In this document: positions 38,401-51,230 of the stretch, one piece after another | How the letters are laid out: each line of letters opens with the position of its first letter | Position numbering within the stretch: the first letter of the stretch is position 1 | Source: Macrostomum lignano | Taxonomy: Eukaryota | Assembly (NCBI GenBank): GCA_002269645.1 | Contig: NIVC01001231.1 | Coordinates: forward strand, 79,440 to 143,439 | DNA: 64,000 bases | Direction: 5' to 3' | Position numbers and translations under genes: made by a program | The notes under the pieces: generated by a model | Database searches by the model: none | Told to the model about the DNA's origin: nothing | What the model saw: only the letters and a program-made list of their open reading frames with translations

Positions 38401-41400
38401 GGGATGTCAACTTAAGCACCAGAATGGAGCCCGAAGTTCAGCTCCGGACCAAACCGACTACAATCGATAACTTGTCGGCCCAGACGACTAGAATCGCCGA
38501 GACATCCCATCCGGCTCCCTTCCTTGGGGTCCCAGGGGATAAAGGGGATAAAATGGGGATCTCATGTCAACTTAAGGCTCTGGAATGGAGCCCGAAGTTC
38601 AGCTCCGGACCAAACCGACTGCAATCGATAACTTGTCGGCCCAGACGACTAGAATCGCCGAGACATCCCATCCGGCTCCCTTCCTTGGGGTCCCAGGGGA
38701 TAAAGGGGATAAAATGCAGATCTCATGTCAACTTAAGGCTCTGGAATGGAGCCCGAAGTTCAGCTCCGGACCAAACCGACTGCAATCGATAACTTGTCGG
38801 CCCAGACGACTAGAATCGCCGAGACATCCCATCCGGCTCCCTTCCTTGGGGTCCCAGGGGATAAAGGGGATAAAATGGGGATCTCATGTCAACTTAAGGC
38901 TCTGGAATGGAGCCCGAAGTTCAGCTCCGGACCAAACCGACTGCAATCGATAACTTGTCGGCCCAGACGACTAGAATCGCCGAGACATCCCATCCGGCTC
39001 CCTTCCTTGGGGTCCCAGGGGATAAAGGGGATAAAATGGGGATCTCATGTCAACTTAAGGCTCTGGAATGGAGCCCGAAGTTCAGCTCCGGACCAAACCG
39101 ACTGCAATCGATAACTTGTCGGCCCAGACGACTAGAATCGCCGAGACATCCCATCCGGCTCCCTTCCTTGGGGTCCCAGGGGATAAAGGGGATAAAATGG
39201 GGATCTCATGTCAACTTAAGGCTCTGGAATGGAGCCCGAAGTTCAGCTCCGGACCAAACCGACTGCAATCGATAACTTGTCGGCCCAGACGACTAGAATC
39301 ACCGAGACATCCCATCCGGGTCCGTCTCTTGCCGAAACTTCCAACACCCCCGGCGGCTCGGATGTGTAACTCAAAGTCTCTCCAGGAGTCACCTTCGTAG
39401 CTACCGAGAACCTCCTTGACACGAATGTTTTGAATGTAATAATCGGCTTGATTTAGTTGATACGGACCCACCGAAACCTCTGACAAATTCACTGTATGAA
39501 TTCGGGGGAACCCCGAGCTTTTTGGATCCAGCGGGTTGACAGCAATCCATGCCCTTGTGTTAGCAGGGGGGCACGCTTCAGATCACAGTTGAAGTGCAGC
39601 TGCTCAATTTCGTCCAGTTCGTTGGACAAGAGCACTCGGCGCATGAAATTCTGCCCGAATTCGAACAACGATAGCCCTGTCCATGACGGTGGCAGCTGTT
39701 TAAATGATTCAAAACCTGGATGCGCCCGGTTGTACTTTGCCATCGAGGTCTCGATAACAACGTCTAATCGGCTGGGCTCACTGAAGCCGGCTGACGGCAG
39801 CCACTGATACGGTTTGTGCCTCTCGATAACACATTTGTCCTGCTTAATGGCAGCAAAGCAGCACTCAACGACAGAGCGGAACATAGTGGCACAGCGGATG
39901 TCTCGGCGATTCTAGTCGTCTGGGCCGACAAGTTATCGATTGCAGTCGGTTTGGTCCGGAGCTGAACTTCGGGCTCCATTCCAGAGCCTTAAGTTGACAT
40001 GAGATCCCCATTTTATCCCCTTTATCCCCTGGGACCCCAAGGAAGGGAGCCGGATGGGATGTCTCGGCGATTCTAGTCGTCTGGGCCGACAAGTTATCGA
40101 TTGCAGTCGGTTTGGTCCGGAGCTGAACTTCGGGCTCCATTCCAGAGCCTTAAGTTGACATGAGATCCCCATTTTATCCCCTTTATCCCCTGGGACCCCA
40201 AGGAAGGGAGCCGGATGGGATGTCTCGGCGATTCTAGTCGTCTGGGCCGACAAGTTATCGATTGCAGTCGGTTTGGTCCGGAGCTGAACTTCGGGCTCCA
40301 TTCCAGAGCCTTAAGTTGACATGAGATCCCCATTTTATCCCCTTTATCCCCTGGGACCCCAAGGAAGGGAGCCGGATGGGATGTCTCGGCGATTCTAGTC
40401 GTCTGGGCCGACAAGTTATCGATTGCAGTCGGTTTGGTCCGGAGCTGAACTTCGGGCTCCATTCCAGAGCCTTAAGTTGACATGAGATCCCCATTTTATC
40501 CCCTTTATCCCCTGGGACCCCAAGGAAGGGAGCCGGATGGGATGTCTCGGCGATTCTAGTCGTCTGGGCCGACAAGTTATCGATTGCAGTCGGTTTGGTC
40601 CGGAGCTGAACTTCGGGCTCCATTCCAGAGCCTTAAGTTGACATGAGATCTGCATTTTATCCCCTTTATCCCCTGGGACCCCAAGGAAGGGAGCCGGATG
40701 GGATGTCTCGGCGATTTTAGTCGTCTGGGCCGACAAGTTATCGATTGCAGTCGGTTTGGTCCGGAGCTGAACTTCGGGCTCCATTCCAGAGCCTTAAGTT
40801 GACATGAGATCCCCATTTTATCCCCTTTATCCCCTGGGACCCCAAGGAAGGGAGCCGGATGGGATGTCTCGGCGATTCTAGTCGTCTGGGCCGACAAGTT
40901 ATCGATTGCAGTCGGTTTGGTCCGGAGCTGAACTTCGGGCTCCATTCCAGAGCCTTAAGTTGACATGAGATCCCCATTTTATCCCCTTTATCCCCTGGGA
41001 CCCCAAGGAAGGGAGCCGGATGGGATGTCTCGGCGATTCTAGTCGTCTGGGCCGACAAGTTATCGATTGCAGTCGGTTTGGTCCGGAGCTGAACTTCGGG
41101 CTCCATTCCAGAGCCTTAAGTTGACATGAGATCCCCATTTTATCCCCTTTATCCCCTGGGACCCCAAGGAAGGGAGCCGGATGGGATGTCTCGGCGATTC
41201 TAGTCGTCTGGGCCGACAAGTTATCGATTGCAGTCGGTTTGGTCCGGAGCTGAACTTCGGGCTCCATTCCAGAGCCTTAAGTTGACATGAGATCCCCATT
41301 TTATCCCCTTTATCCCCTGGGACCCCAAGGAAGGGAGCCGGATGGGATGTCTCGGCGATTCTAGTCGTCTGGGCCGACAAGTTATCGATTGCAGTCGGTT

Positions 41401-42095
41401 TGGTCCGGAGCTGAACTTCGGGCTCCATTCCAGAGCCTTAAGTTGACATGAGATCTGCATTTTATCCCCTTTATCCCCTGGGACCCCAAGGAAGGGAGCC
41501 GGATGGGATGTCTCGGCGATTTTAGTCGTCTGGGCCGACAAGTTATCGATTGCAGTCGGTTTGGTCCGGAGCTGAACTTCGGGCTCCATTCCAGAGCCTT
41601 AAGTTGACATGAGATCCCCATTTTATCCCCTTTATCCCCTGGGACCCCAAGGAAGGGAGCCGGATGGGATGTCTCGGCGATTCTAGTCGTCTGGGCCGAC
41701 AAGTTATCGATTGCAGTCGGTTTGGTCCGGAGCTGAACTTCGGGCTCCATTCCAGAGCCTTAAGTTGACATGAGATCCCCATTTTATCCCCTTTATCCCC
41801 TGGGACCCCAAGGAAGGGAGCCGGATGGGATGTCTCGGCGATTCTAGTCGTCTGGGCCGACAAGTTATCGATTGCAGTCGGTTTGGTCCGGAGCTGAACT
41901 TCGGGCTCCATTCCAGAGCCTTAAGTTGACATGAGATCCCCATTTTATCCCCTTTATCCCCTGGGACCCCAAGGAAGGGAGCCGGATGGGATGTCTCGGC
42001 GATTCTAGTCGTCTGGGCCGACAAGTTATCGATTGCAGTCGGTTTGGTCCGGAGCTGAACTTCGGGCTCCATTCTGGTGCTTAAGTTGACATCCC
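38401..42095. mobile_element. Foldback-type element: inverted arms of 161-bp tandem repeats around a transposase fragment
   Basis: Both outer ends read GGGATGTCAACTTAAGCACCAGAATGGAGCCC. Left arm 38401-39319 (about 5.7 units), right arm 39896-42095 (about 13.7 units, inverted), 576-bp spacer. No TSD seen. Confidence 0.9.
39320..39895 (-). pseudogene. Internal fragment of a PIF/Harbinger-ISL2EU-like (DDE_Tnp_4) transposase
   Basis: RCATMFRSVVECCFAAIKQDK resembles the third-acidic-residue motif (R..T..RW.VE....LK.W). After a frameshift, FPRIHTVNLSEVSVGPYQLNQADYY matches the FP.L....L..I.LG.YQLKQA.SY motif. Recognised by eye. Confidence 0.62.
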
Positions 42096-42571
42096 GTTAA
42101 ATAACATAATATGCAATCACTGAATCAGTCAATTCACTGCGTCCACCATCCATCACCATCACCATTCAACAATCGCATTAGAAGTACAAATTTACGATTT
42201 ACAACTTCACAACATAATCGCAGTTCGCAACAATAATAAGACGCCTTACATTTCATACAAAACAGTTTGCAAAAACTACAAAAAACTACAAAAATTACAA
42301 AACAGAATGAGCAACGACGTACTCAGAGTAAGCAAACCCTCAAACAAATAACCCACCCCAAGCACTGACCCCAGAGCCCACAGTCCATAAACGATCAGAG
42401 TCAGTCAGAGTCCAACAAATTCATTCCTAGAAAACGATTTTACGATTCACACATTTCATTATTTGGATAACTAAACGATAGTCTAAAAAATTGCATTGTG
42501 AAGTGAAGTGGAACTGAAAAATACATGATGAAAATTGAAAGTTGAAAATGTCTATATGTTCCATCTTATCA

Positions 42572-42740
42572 ATCCCGAAAAATCCCTGGATTCACAGATT
42601 TTAATCCTGGGATCCCGTATCCCGGCCATGGATAATCCCGGGATTATCAATCCTGGTAAATCCTGACAAATTTTAATCCTGGGATTCAAATCCCGGAATT
42701 TGGCCCCTTAATCCCACGATCCCGGGATTGCAAACCCTAC
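42572..42740. repeat. AATCCC/GGGATT-rich terminal segment of a probable DNA transposon
   Basis: Clustered AATCCCGGGAT motifs ending GGGATTGCAAACCCTA; a similar motif cluster occurs at about 12180-12275. Confidence 0.4.
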
Positions 42741-44169
42741 GCGGAATATAAAATATTTGAAATTTTAAAAAAGATAAAAATGATGTATTTAACGTTTGAT
42801 ATTGTACAACGTTGTCAAGCTAATTGATACTGACAAATTGCAAACCATAGTGGAGAAAACACCTCACCCCATGATTTCGGAGTTAATATATCAATCAGAG
42901 GCAGTAATCCGTCCAAAGGTTTCAAGATCAACCTGTGCGACAGTTTCAAAGACAAAATACAGGGGGGATATGCGAGTGAAAGCCAAATTCCACAAGAAAG
43001 AACACTGTCATGATTTTTGGCAGTACGCAATTAATGCATTTCGTTCAGAAAATCTTCAAGCCGTCATCCCCAACCAAGATTGGCGCGATTCCTGGTAAAA
43101 AAATCAGAAGTGCAGGACTTGAACAAGTCTACTGAATACGTTGTTCATCGATAGCTCAAATATTTCATACAAATGCAAAAATGACTCACTTCAGGAACTT
43201 ATTGAATAGTAGTTTGCGTAAATTGTTTTGCATTTTTATCACTAGCTATTCATCCCGTTACTAACCGCACAAAAACTTACGTCATATTAAATTATTCCCA
43301 AACAAAAATTTTAACCTATTATTGTAGCAAGTTACGAAAAAGTGATCTTTTGTATCTTCTAGAGAGTTGTTTATTTGCGTTATAACTCACGACACATAGT
43401 GTTTTAATTTTTTTCTTTCGTCGAAATAGGGCACACTGCGTGCGTGCGCACAATTTGTCCTAGGTAATGTCTTACATTTAACGCCGGTTAGCCAACTGTT
43501 GTCTTGTGTTTTTTACTGTGTTTTGAAATTATGTTTTTCGTTTGTCATTTTTTTGCCAATAAAACAAGGGCTACTGGTAAAACAGCCCTATGCAAATATG
43601 CCTTTCTTGATTTTCTAGGCCTACTGTGTGGTGTGGGTTTTCTGAAAGATATTCAGGTACAGGTACATTCAAACCGATTGTCTTTAACTTTTAACAAAAA
43701 TGACCTGCTTCAATCATCTTTTTAACAAATATCCACGCAATTATTTGGCGTCAAATGAGCTTTCATTTATCTACTAAACTGGGTTTTTTGTCAATCTTGA
43801 TGACTTTATCCTCATCAATTACAATTACCCTAAAAATTCCTGGAAAAAAAGTTTTACAATGGTTGTTATAATTGTTGTAATATACTATAGAAAGAACAAA
43901 AAGCTTAAGCCTCTTCACATTACCAATTCCAGAACCAGAATCGGTTTGGATCTTCCAAGAAAAATAGCAGTAAAACTATTTGGCATAACTATGGTTTCGT
44001 TCGTTATATTATTTCTTGTTTTGAATTTGTTCCAGCGCATGTAGAAATGGCTCGTTAAATTATTTTAAGTTCAAAAAAGATGACCCACCACCAAAAAAGT
44101 TCAAATTAGAGTTCGAAGTCACGAGAAAGATAATTAGACGGGATAATAATGTGGCACCCAGTAGAGAAA

Positions 44170-44720
44170 GTTGAAAAAACTTGGACTCATCTACTTTGAC
44201 TTCTTGGCCAGGGCCGCCTAGCTCAACAGGGTGATCTAGAAGGTACTGGGCACAAATTTCTCGACAGAAGTTACCCCAGTCAGCAACAGTATTGGGTGTC
44301 AGGATACGACACACATTGGATTTTGTCGAACTAGAGTCTCACAGACCACTAGTAGATATAGTTGACAATCTGCTGCAGGGTCAAAATCAAATGGCTGGCT
44401 TTAAAAAAAGATCCCTTCCTTATAGAAACTTGGGCATAACAGTCTTTATAGGCCCAGGCCAAGTTATCAATAAACCAGGCACCTTCTCGGCATTGCAAAT
44501 GCATTTGAGCACCCGGCTGGCATCCACACTGCTGTTCATTGGCAAGCAGCCTGTAGGTGGCCAACCAACAAATAGTAGCCAGCGTATCTATTGTCACGGC
44601 TGCCAGGTCCCTCATCGTGAGGTCCAGTTGGCACAGCTCTGCAGGCGGACGCAAATTGCCTACTGGAATGATCGTCGTAGGAGCCGATGGTTGTCCAGCT
44701 ATTTTTACATGCATTGGAAC
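44170..44720 (-). mobile_element. Merlin (IS1016/ISXO2-like) transposase remnant
   Basis: WLATYRLL..QCGC..MHL..W..C..VSIRKGSFFKASHL, then NTVADWGNFCREIC..LGGPGQEVKVDESKF; contains stops and frameshifts. Confidence 0.78.
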
Positions 44721-46496
44721 AAATTTGAAACAAGAAATGATATAACAAACAAAACCATAGTTATGCAAACTATTTGACTCTATTAATATTTAACTGCCTT
44801 AATAGTCTCACTTTGCACAAGTTTTCACTTTCTTCTTGGCAATTTTCATTCAATAATTAAAATTTTATAGCAAGTATATCCTTCTAGTTAAGGAGACAAA
44901 AAGTTATACTTCACAAATTTTTTCTGGTTCTAGAACCAAAACAAGCAATATATAAAGAGCCTCCTTGATTATAAACCATGCTGGATCCAAAACTGTTGTA
45001 AATTTTCTAAAGATAAATATATCAAGAAATTGTTTTTCTTATTTAACAATTCTTAGATATAAGATAGGCCCTAGGCCTATCTGTGTTGTTTCAAATCTAG
45101 AGTTGTTGCATATCATGTCTCTCTCTAAACCCTTCTTCCTAATGGTATGTCTATAGGTCTAATCTAGTATAGACTATCTTAATGAAGATATTGTTAAACT
45201 GGTCCAAGTCTTTTCTTACTACCACTATGAATTCCCATATTTCCTAGCAGACAAACAGTTTTAGAAAAAAAACTTTTTGTCTGCTTAGTAGACAACCTAG
45301 GCCCTATTAGTAGAGGAAACAACTTGTACCCTTATTAATAGCATAGGCAATATCCTAAAAATCTAATATAAATATATATATATATATCAAACAGTGACTA
45401 AATTGATGATAAAGTAATGGTTATATACTAATTAATATATAGTTTTTTTTGACAAAAGAAAAAAGTTTTTTGACAAAAGTTATATAAACTAGCAATCTTT
45501 GCCTTCTTCCTATTGGAAAAGCAAAAAAAGGAATAGAAATGTTTGAATAAACTATATGTATATTATGACCTTGTGTGTCACTATTATTACTTTCTTATAA
45601 AAATGAATCTTAAAACAAAAATCTAGCTATCTAGCCCATACATGCCTAACACCTATCCAACCCATCCAAACCAGACAGGTGAAATGGCTGCCAGCCAAGG
45701 TAAGTTGCAAAATTGAAAATGCAAAAAGTGAAAAAATTAGGGGAAGAAAAAAAGGAAATAAAAGAAAATGAAAAGAAAGAAAAGAAAGAAAAGAGAGAAA
45801 GAAAAGAGAAGAAAAGAAAAAAAGCAAGAAAAGTCATATACAAAGTGAAAATTAAGTCACAATCAAGAGAAACTAAGTTGCAATTGGGAGAAACTAAGTC
45901 GCAATTGGGAGAAACTAAGTCGCAATTGGGAGAAACTAAGTCGCAAATCTGGACAAAACTAAATCGCACTAGATAGGTGAAATTTTGAGGTTGGGCATAT
46001 ATGATCTAGCCTAAGACCATAGTCAGGAAAGTGGCCTTTGCCATGGAAAATTCTGGCGCACACAAGGGGTCCTTGACGCACACTGAGGTCCCTGGCGCAT
46101 GTGGTGTACAATCATGGCACACACTGAGGTCCCTAGCGCATGCGGCGCATAAGGTCCCTGACATATGCGGTGCTGTGCGCAACTTTGGTGCATAAGGAAT
46201 CAAAATAGAATCTTTATTAGCATAAAACTGGCATAGCATATTGAGTCTGCATGAATTCTAAGAATTTTGTAAATTTGTTGTAAAATATGTAATTTATGTA
46301 AAATACATAAAATGAAGGCACAGATGGTACACAAATGGCACATAGACAGTGCATAGATTGTCCTAAAAAAATTATTCCGGTGCACACTATGCCACCTTCC
46401 TGACTATAGGCCTAAGATATCAAATCTTTTATAAACTTTGTCTCAAAGCAATTTTCCATATAAGCCCTATCATCTTAGCAATATCCCCTATAGACC

Positions 46497-46830
46497 TTGA
46501 TATCTCAGCAATTCTCTTATAAGGTCTTTATTATCTTAGAAATCCTGCTATAAGTCTTTTCTAATTGATAAAGTAATTATTCTATGGCTAAACCTCAAGC
46601 TTTGATATCTTAGCAATTCTCTTATAAGGTCTTTATTATCTTAGAAATCCCGCTATAAGTCTTTTCTAATTGATAACGTAATTATTTCTATGGCTAAACC
46701 TCAAGCTTTGATATCTTAGCAATTCTCTTATAAGATCTTTATTATCTTAGAAATCCCCCTATAAGTCTTTTCTAATTGATAAAGTAATTATTCTATGGCT
46801 AAACCTCAAGCTTTGATATCTTAGCAACTC
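46497..46830. repeat. About 107-bp tandem repeat, about 3 copies
   Basis: GATATCTTAGCAATTCTCTTATAAGGTCTTTATTATCTTAGAAATCC...AAACCTCAAGCTTT. Confidence 0.8.
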
Positions 46831-47712
46831 CTTCTATAAGTTCTATATGTCCTATGTGCCATAGCAATTCAGAAATTGGCCATGAATTTATTATGGTTGA
46901 CTCTATTATTCTTTTATGTTTGAACCTTAAGCCTTAACCTTACCTTTCTCTGTGTCAAGTCATAGCAGTTCAGCAATTATCCTTGAGCCTAAGAATTTCA
47001 AGTAATTCCCCTATGAGCCAGTGCCATAGCAACTCAGAAATTCACCTACAAGAGTCTTGACATCTTGATAATTCCATTAGTCTTTATAGTTAAACCCAAA
47101 CTCTAACCTTGCTAAGTCAAGCATTTTAGAAATTCTTCCTATGAACCTTGGAATCTTTATCATTACCTAATGAAACTTAACATTTCATGAATTCTATCTA
47201 AGCCCAAGAGTTATAGGAATTCTTTTATAAGCTTTTTTAGCAAAAACCAAATGATATGTATTTTAAAGTTGATATGACAATTCTTGTATGTTTGTTATAA
47301 CATTTGTTTATTATTTTTATTTTATTTATTATTTTATTTTTAAATAATGCTTCTTTAATCCATAATGCTTTTATGGCTGACGTGCCCTAGGCCAGTTTTC
47401 AGTGAAACAATAACATGAATTGTAGCCCTTATAATTTAACACTCACATTTTTAAAGGTGAGCTTAGACTTATTAATTTCTCTTGGTTAAGTGAATTTGCA
47501 TCACTTCTATTAGTATCTGGGCTTAAGCTAAAATATTTTTTGTAAATAATAATAAGCACAAAAGAGACTATTCAAATCTAGATTTATAAACAATAATCAA
47601 CCATCTTCAATTTCATATATTGCTGTGGAGTATTTAGCTAAAGCATATTCAGGCAACAATCCTATGACAGCTGGTGTACGCATGCAAACAGCAAGCCACC
47701 TCACTGACCAGA

Positions 47713-49674
47713 ATGCTTCACTGTCTGCTGCTGCGATGCATTCGCCCAAATCCAGCCGCAGCTCTGCCTCGGCTATTGAATCGCTTTGCTGGCAACTCAG
47801 CAACAGCAGCCTCTGGCGGGGCCTCCCCTGCCAGCCCGGCCCCACTGCAGCCAGCGGCCGTGCAGTTCTACAGGCGAGCCCTGCCAGCCAACTGCGTGGC
47901 ATTCGGCAGCCCCGAGGGCAAGCAAGTATTCGCGAGGCCCTTGAGGCCGGCTTCATGGAAGGCTATTTTTCCCTGGCTTCGCAGTATCGAACTCAGGACG
48001 ATCCGTCATTCTGCGGCCTGGCAACGCTGGTGATGTGCCTCAATAGCCTGGAGGTGGATCCTGGAAAAGTTTGGAAAGGTCCCTGGCGATGGTTTCACGA
48101 AGAGATGCTGGACTGCTGCGTGCAGGTGAGGCAGGACAAACAGTCGGGAAGGAACCCAGATCCACGGTTTTCCCTGGGGAGGGTCAGCTGACCCCCTTGT
48201 CCCCCACAGGATATAGCAGGGTCTTCTAATCCCCGTGACCCCTTGTCCCTCCCACAGGATATAGCAGGGTCTTCTAATCCCCGTGACCCCTTGTCCCTCC
48301 CACAGGATATAGCAGGCTCTTCTAATCCCCCTGACCTCTTTGTCCCCCCACAGGATATAGCAGGGTCAACTAATCCCCGTGACCTCCTTGTCCCCCCACA
48401 GGATATAGCAGGGTCAACTAATCCCCATGATCCCCTTGTCCCCCCACAGGATTTGGCAGGGCAACTTATCCCTGTGACCTCCTTGTCCCCCCCACGGGAC
48501 TTGCTATTGTGCTTGTAATTTTGCGTTGTTCAGTAATTAAAAAAAATGCATATACTAATGACCCTACTGTTAGTAGAAATGTAAAAATAGTATTAATTTT
48601 TTTGTTCAGCTACTTAGAGTAGAAATATAAGTAAAATATGCGAAAATACTTGACTTGCGCCCACAGGTGGACCGGGTCCGCAAGCACGGCCTGACCCTGG
48701 CTGAATTTGCCTGCCTGGCTGGCTGCAATTCGCTCCAGGTGCGCCGCCTGGTGCATCCCGCCTTCGACGCCGATCCTCAAGCCGACGCCGCCGGCCTCGC
48801 CGAATTCGAAGCGGCCGTTCGCGACTGCAGCCGCACGGACGGCTGCATCCTGGTGGCCAGCTACAGCCGGCGAGCGCTCGGCCAGACCGGGGACGGCCAC
48901 TTCGCCCCGATCGGTGGCTTCCACCCGGACAGGCAGCTCGTGCTCATATTCGACACGGCCCGGTTCAAGTATCCGTCGCATTGGGTGCCGCTGCGCCAGC
49001 TCTGGGATGCGTTGAAGCTGCCAGACTCAGCCACTGGACGGCCGCGCGGCTACTGCGTGCTGGCCAAGGCCCCGGGCCTCACCGCCTTCCGCGTCTCGCA
49101 GCGATTCGCCACTGGCGTCCGGCAGCCGGACTCGCCGCTGCTGCGGCTGGCGCGCGACTTTGAGGACTGGCTGGCCGCGGAGGTTGAGGTGGGTGCGCCA
49201 GCCAATCAGATCAGAGAGATGAGTGACGCTATCGCGGCCCTGTCGCAGGCGGCCGGGCAGCTGGGCCGGCTGTGCGGCCGCCACCGGTTGGCCGAGGCCG
49301 TTCTCAGTCGGCAGCGTCAGGCCGCGGCGGACGCGGATGCCGAGGCTGTGCTGGCGGCGCTGCGCTCGCTGCCGGCGCTCGGCCCGGTCGGCGACGCCTT
49401 CCTCGCCGGCCTGAGGCAAAGCGCAGCCGCCGCAGGCGTGGCCGCGGATGTCCAGCTTGAAGTCGACAACGGCTGCGGCGGTGCGGACGGCTCGCTGGCC
49501 CTCCTGACGCTGCTGGCTTGGCCGATGCCGCCGGGTTCGGCCCGTGCCGCTCTGCTAGCAGAGGCGCGCGATTGGGTGCTGCGCTGCGCGCCGAACCGCC
49601 TAGCAACGGAGGTGCAGCTGTTGCGCAATCAGCTATCGACAATATTCGAGATAGCGCCCGTGCGAGTCTCGTGA
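47713..49674 (+). CDS. PCS: Phytochelatin synthase (exons 47713-48125, 48667-49674; one-base frameshift at about 47931)
   Basis: [18 protein letters not shown] / [45 protein letters not shown]; [10 protein letters not shown]; FDTARFKYP; Cys-His-Asp triad intact. Confidence 0.93.
48187..48497. repeat. 48-bp minisatellite in the PCS intron
   Basis: Unit CCCACAGGATATAGCAGGGTCTTCTAATCCCCGTGACCCCTTGTCCCT, about 6.5 copies. Confidence 0.93.
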
Positions 49675-49701
49675 ATTTGTAATTTGCGCATTTTGTTTAC
49701 A

Positions 49702-50173
49702 AAAACGGCCCTTTCGGGGCATTGATTTACCCGTTGAAAACGTTATCGCGAGAAGAACGGCTAAGGAGTCATTTCAAACAGCTCACTGGCGACTCTTGTG
49801 ACTTTTTAACGACCCAAACGACTGTAATGCGACGGAGAGGTGACTGTTAAGTCGCAAAAATATTGTTTGCAAGTCGCTTAACTTTTTACTTAAATGCAAC
49901 ATGCGATTCTAGATAATTATAAATTATAATAAATTGACGCAGATCCGCTTTAGCCGCAACTCAGTGGTTCTACAGCGACTCCAACATGCCTCAGAAACGA
50001 CTCTACGGCTTCAGAGTCGCAGACAATAAAACGCCTCAAATTGACTCTTAGGCGACTCTTTGACGACAATTTGGCAACTTTTACCGTGATATCTGTTCGT
50101 TTTAGAGTCGTCTGGAATCAAAAACCGGAGCTGTGCTTTTGTTTGAAGTGAAGTGCCTTAAAAGGGCCGTTTT
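49702..50173. mobile_element. MITE-like element
   Basis: Inverted ends AAAACGGCCCTTT / AAAGGGCCGTTTT; interior with repeated GCGACTCT motifs. Confidence 0.55.
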
Positions 50174-50409
50174 AAATTTCTACGGAATTGCTAATCATGA
50201 TGCAACAACCAACTGTAGCTAACCTAATTATAATATTCTGCATTTTAAAAAAACCCAATTCACTTTTTTGATGGAATTATGCAATTTTTTAATATTACAA
50301 TCTAAGTATTTGTTTTTCATTGCTTTCATCAAGCAAAATTGCAAGTTTTGCATCTGATTTCTATACTTTTTTTAATGAGAATTACTCGCCATGTGTTCTG
50401 CTCTGACGT

Positions 50410-51230
50410 GAATAAATAGAATGGATTGCTAATCTAGCCAATCAGAGGTGAATGAATAGAATGGATTGCTAATCTAGCCAATCAGAGGTGAATGAATAGA
50501 ATGGATTGCTAATCTAGCCAATCAGGTGAATTAATAGAATGGATTGCTAATCTAGCCAATCAGAGGTGAATGAATAGAATGGATTGCTAATCTAGCCAAT
50601 CAGAGGTGAATGAGTAGAATGGATTGCTAATCTAGCCAATCAGGTGAATTAATAGAATGGATTGCTAATCTAGCCAATCAGAGGTGAATGAGTAGAATGG
50701 ATTGCTAATCTAGCCAATCAGAGGTGAATGAATAGAATGGATTGCTAATCTAGCCAATCAGGTGAATTAATAGAATGGATTGCTAATCTAGCCAATCAGA
50801 GGTGAATGAGTAGAATGGATTGCTAATCTAGCCAATCAGAAGTGAATGAATAGAATGGATTGCTAATCTAGCCAATCAGGTGAATTAATAGAATGGATTG
50901 CTAATCTAGCCAATCAGAGGTGAATGAATAGAATGGATTGCTAATCTAGCCAATCAGAGGTGAATGAGTAGAATGGATTGCTAATCTAGCCAATCAGGTG
51001 AATTAATAGAATGGATTGCTAATCTAGCCAATCAGAGGTGAATGAGTAGAATGGATTGCTAATCTAGCCAATCAGAAGTGAATTAATAGAATGGATTGCT
51101 AATCTAGCCAATCAGAGGTGAATGAATAGAATGGATTGCTAATCTAGCCAATCAGGTGAATTAATAGAATGGATTGCTAATCTAGCCAATCAGAGGTGAA
51201 TGAATAGAATGGATTGCTAATCTAGCCAAC
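50410..51230. repeat. 40/38-bp minisatellite carrying a CCAAT box
   Basis: GAATGGATTGCTAATCTAGCCAATCAGAGGTGAATGAATA alternating with a 38-bp variant. Confidence 0.95.

Noticed and set aside
38424-42072. Many 122-aa MEPEVQLRTKP ORFs
   Set aside because: They result from the 161-bp period shifting frame each unit; no domain similarity.
38401-42095. CRISPR-like array
   Set aside because: No unique spacers; contiguous monomers in a eukaryotic context with no cas genes.
45713-45976. Lys/Glu-rich ORF
   Set aside because: Low-complexity A/G tract plus a short 21-bp repeat; no splice or homology support.
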